From positions 1 to 55,130 of IMG/VR virus record IMGVR_UViG_3300005613_000080: a stretch of 55,130 nucleotides of DNA, one strand, 5' to 3'. Shown piece by piece: positions 54,358-55,130 of the stretch. Each line of letters begins with the position of its first letter. Position 1 is the first letter of the stretch. This stretch comes from a virus (lineage: Duplodnaviria > Caudoviricetes). A program made the position numbers and the translations under genes. The notes beneath the pieces were generated by a model. It saw only the letters and a program-made list of their open reading frames with translations, did not search any database and was not told the origin of the DNA.

Positions 54358-54393
54358 GTGTGTAACCGTAGACACAGTTGTGTCCAAGGTCAA
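54358..54393 (-). promoter_or_regulatory. Recombinase promoter with palindromic operator; likely leaderless mRNA
   Basis: TTGACC-17-TACGGT, ATG after a 7-nt gap; GACACA-gt-TGTGTC in the spacer. Confidence 0.6.
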
Positions 54394-54496
54394 GGGAGCG
54401 GACACGATTTCTTGGGCGGGGTCGGGGCGGCGGCCCAGGTCGGGGCGAGGGCGAAATCAGGGGTTTGGAGGGTGATTCCTCACCGGGTTGCCCAGG

Positions 54497-54726
54497 GTAG
54501 TGAGCTGTGAGTGAGGGATAGTGAAAAACTAAGTGCTTGTACGAGGCGGAGTTGCGTCGATTTTCACTGGCTCACAACCTCACCGCCTGAAAACACATTT
54601 CCCCAGACTACAGAGGTACACACAGTACATAGGGTATATGTAGGGTCTGTATAATATATATATTATAGTAGTGAGGTAGTGAGAATAGATATAGGTGTGC
54701 CAGAAATAAGGACTTACGACTCACCA
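54497..54726. other. Putative replication origin (GTGAG iterons around an AT-rich palindrome)
   Basis: Direct and inverted (A)GTGA(G) repeats; perfect 18-bp TATAATATATATATTATA at 54650-54667. Confidence 0.55.
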
Positions 54727-54981
54727 CCCGTTTCTGAGGATGTGGTGATGGGGTGGTGATGTGGGGCGGGGGTGGTGAGGATCGGGGTTCTAGGGGCCGC
54801 CAGGGCCGTTTTGGGCCTCATTGGGCAGACGGGGTGATCTGGGTGGTACGATTGTGCAAAGTACCTGTGGCTGAGAATGTGGGTAAGATGGTGCAAAGTA
54901 GGTCGGGGCCAGGATGGGGCAGATTTTGTCGGGGTGACAAAGGAACCCCTCCGAGGGGTCGGGGTCTTACGATTCTGAGCT

Positions 54982-55025
54982 GCCGACCCAATGCGACATC
55001 CTAGCCGACCGAATGCGACATCCTA
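54982..55025. repeat. 22-bp tandem duplication
   Basis: GCCGACC(C/G)AATGCGACATCCTA x2, one mismatch. Confidence 0.9.
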
Positions 55026-55130
55026 TCGGCCCTCCTGGAGCCTCTCTCCGGCTCTCCACGGGCTCCGGAGCCTCCTCCGTGGGCTCTCCTCCGTCCCGCT
55101 TGTGGACGGGCTCTCGCGGGCTCCTGGAGC

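Noticed and set aside
54714-55004. Short ORFs in the terminal region
   Set aside because: They are low-complexity translations of G-rich repeats with no RBS or motifs.

Overview
This window is a nearly complete, GC-rich tailed dsDNA phage genome of siphovirus type, with a YuA/M6-like replication module and tail architecture. Almost all genes lie on the minus strand and many are coupled through ATGA/TGATG overlaps. In transcription order (right to left) it holds: a repeat-rich non-coding end with a likely origin; a small serine recombinase; terS and terL; portal; a three-gene fibre module; head-tail adaptors; MuF; a split XkdF-type protease/scaffold carrying extra cargo domains; cement and major capsid protein; neck, tube, chaperones, tape measure and tail-tip genes. 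These are followed by SNF2 helicase, adenine MTase, SSB-like protein, Mom-family acetyltransferase, a queC remnant, RecD-like helicase, class II RNR, HD nucleotidase, PolA, dCTP deaminase, nuclease and primase-helicase. The accessory arm contains a degenerate beta-clamp, metallophosphoesterase, ClpP, GGDEF protein, dNMP kinase, holin, lipoprotein, SSB, pentapeptide protein and a signal-peptide endolysin. The strongest leads are: (1) a multi-domain head polyprotein punctuated by Lys sites, which may package cargo domains; (2) an apparent swap of DNA-modification systems (mom beside a truncated queC); (3) a GGDEF/phosphoesterase/ClpP cassette; (4) a UUU-CGA +1 frameshift candidate in the tail chaperones; (5) a possible dU-DNA nucleotide pathway. 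All assignments come from motif recognition by eye; no database searches were run.
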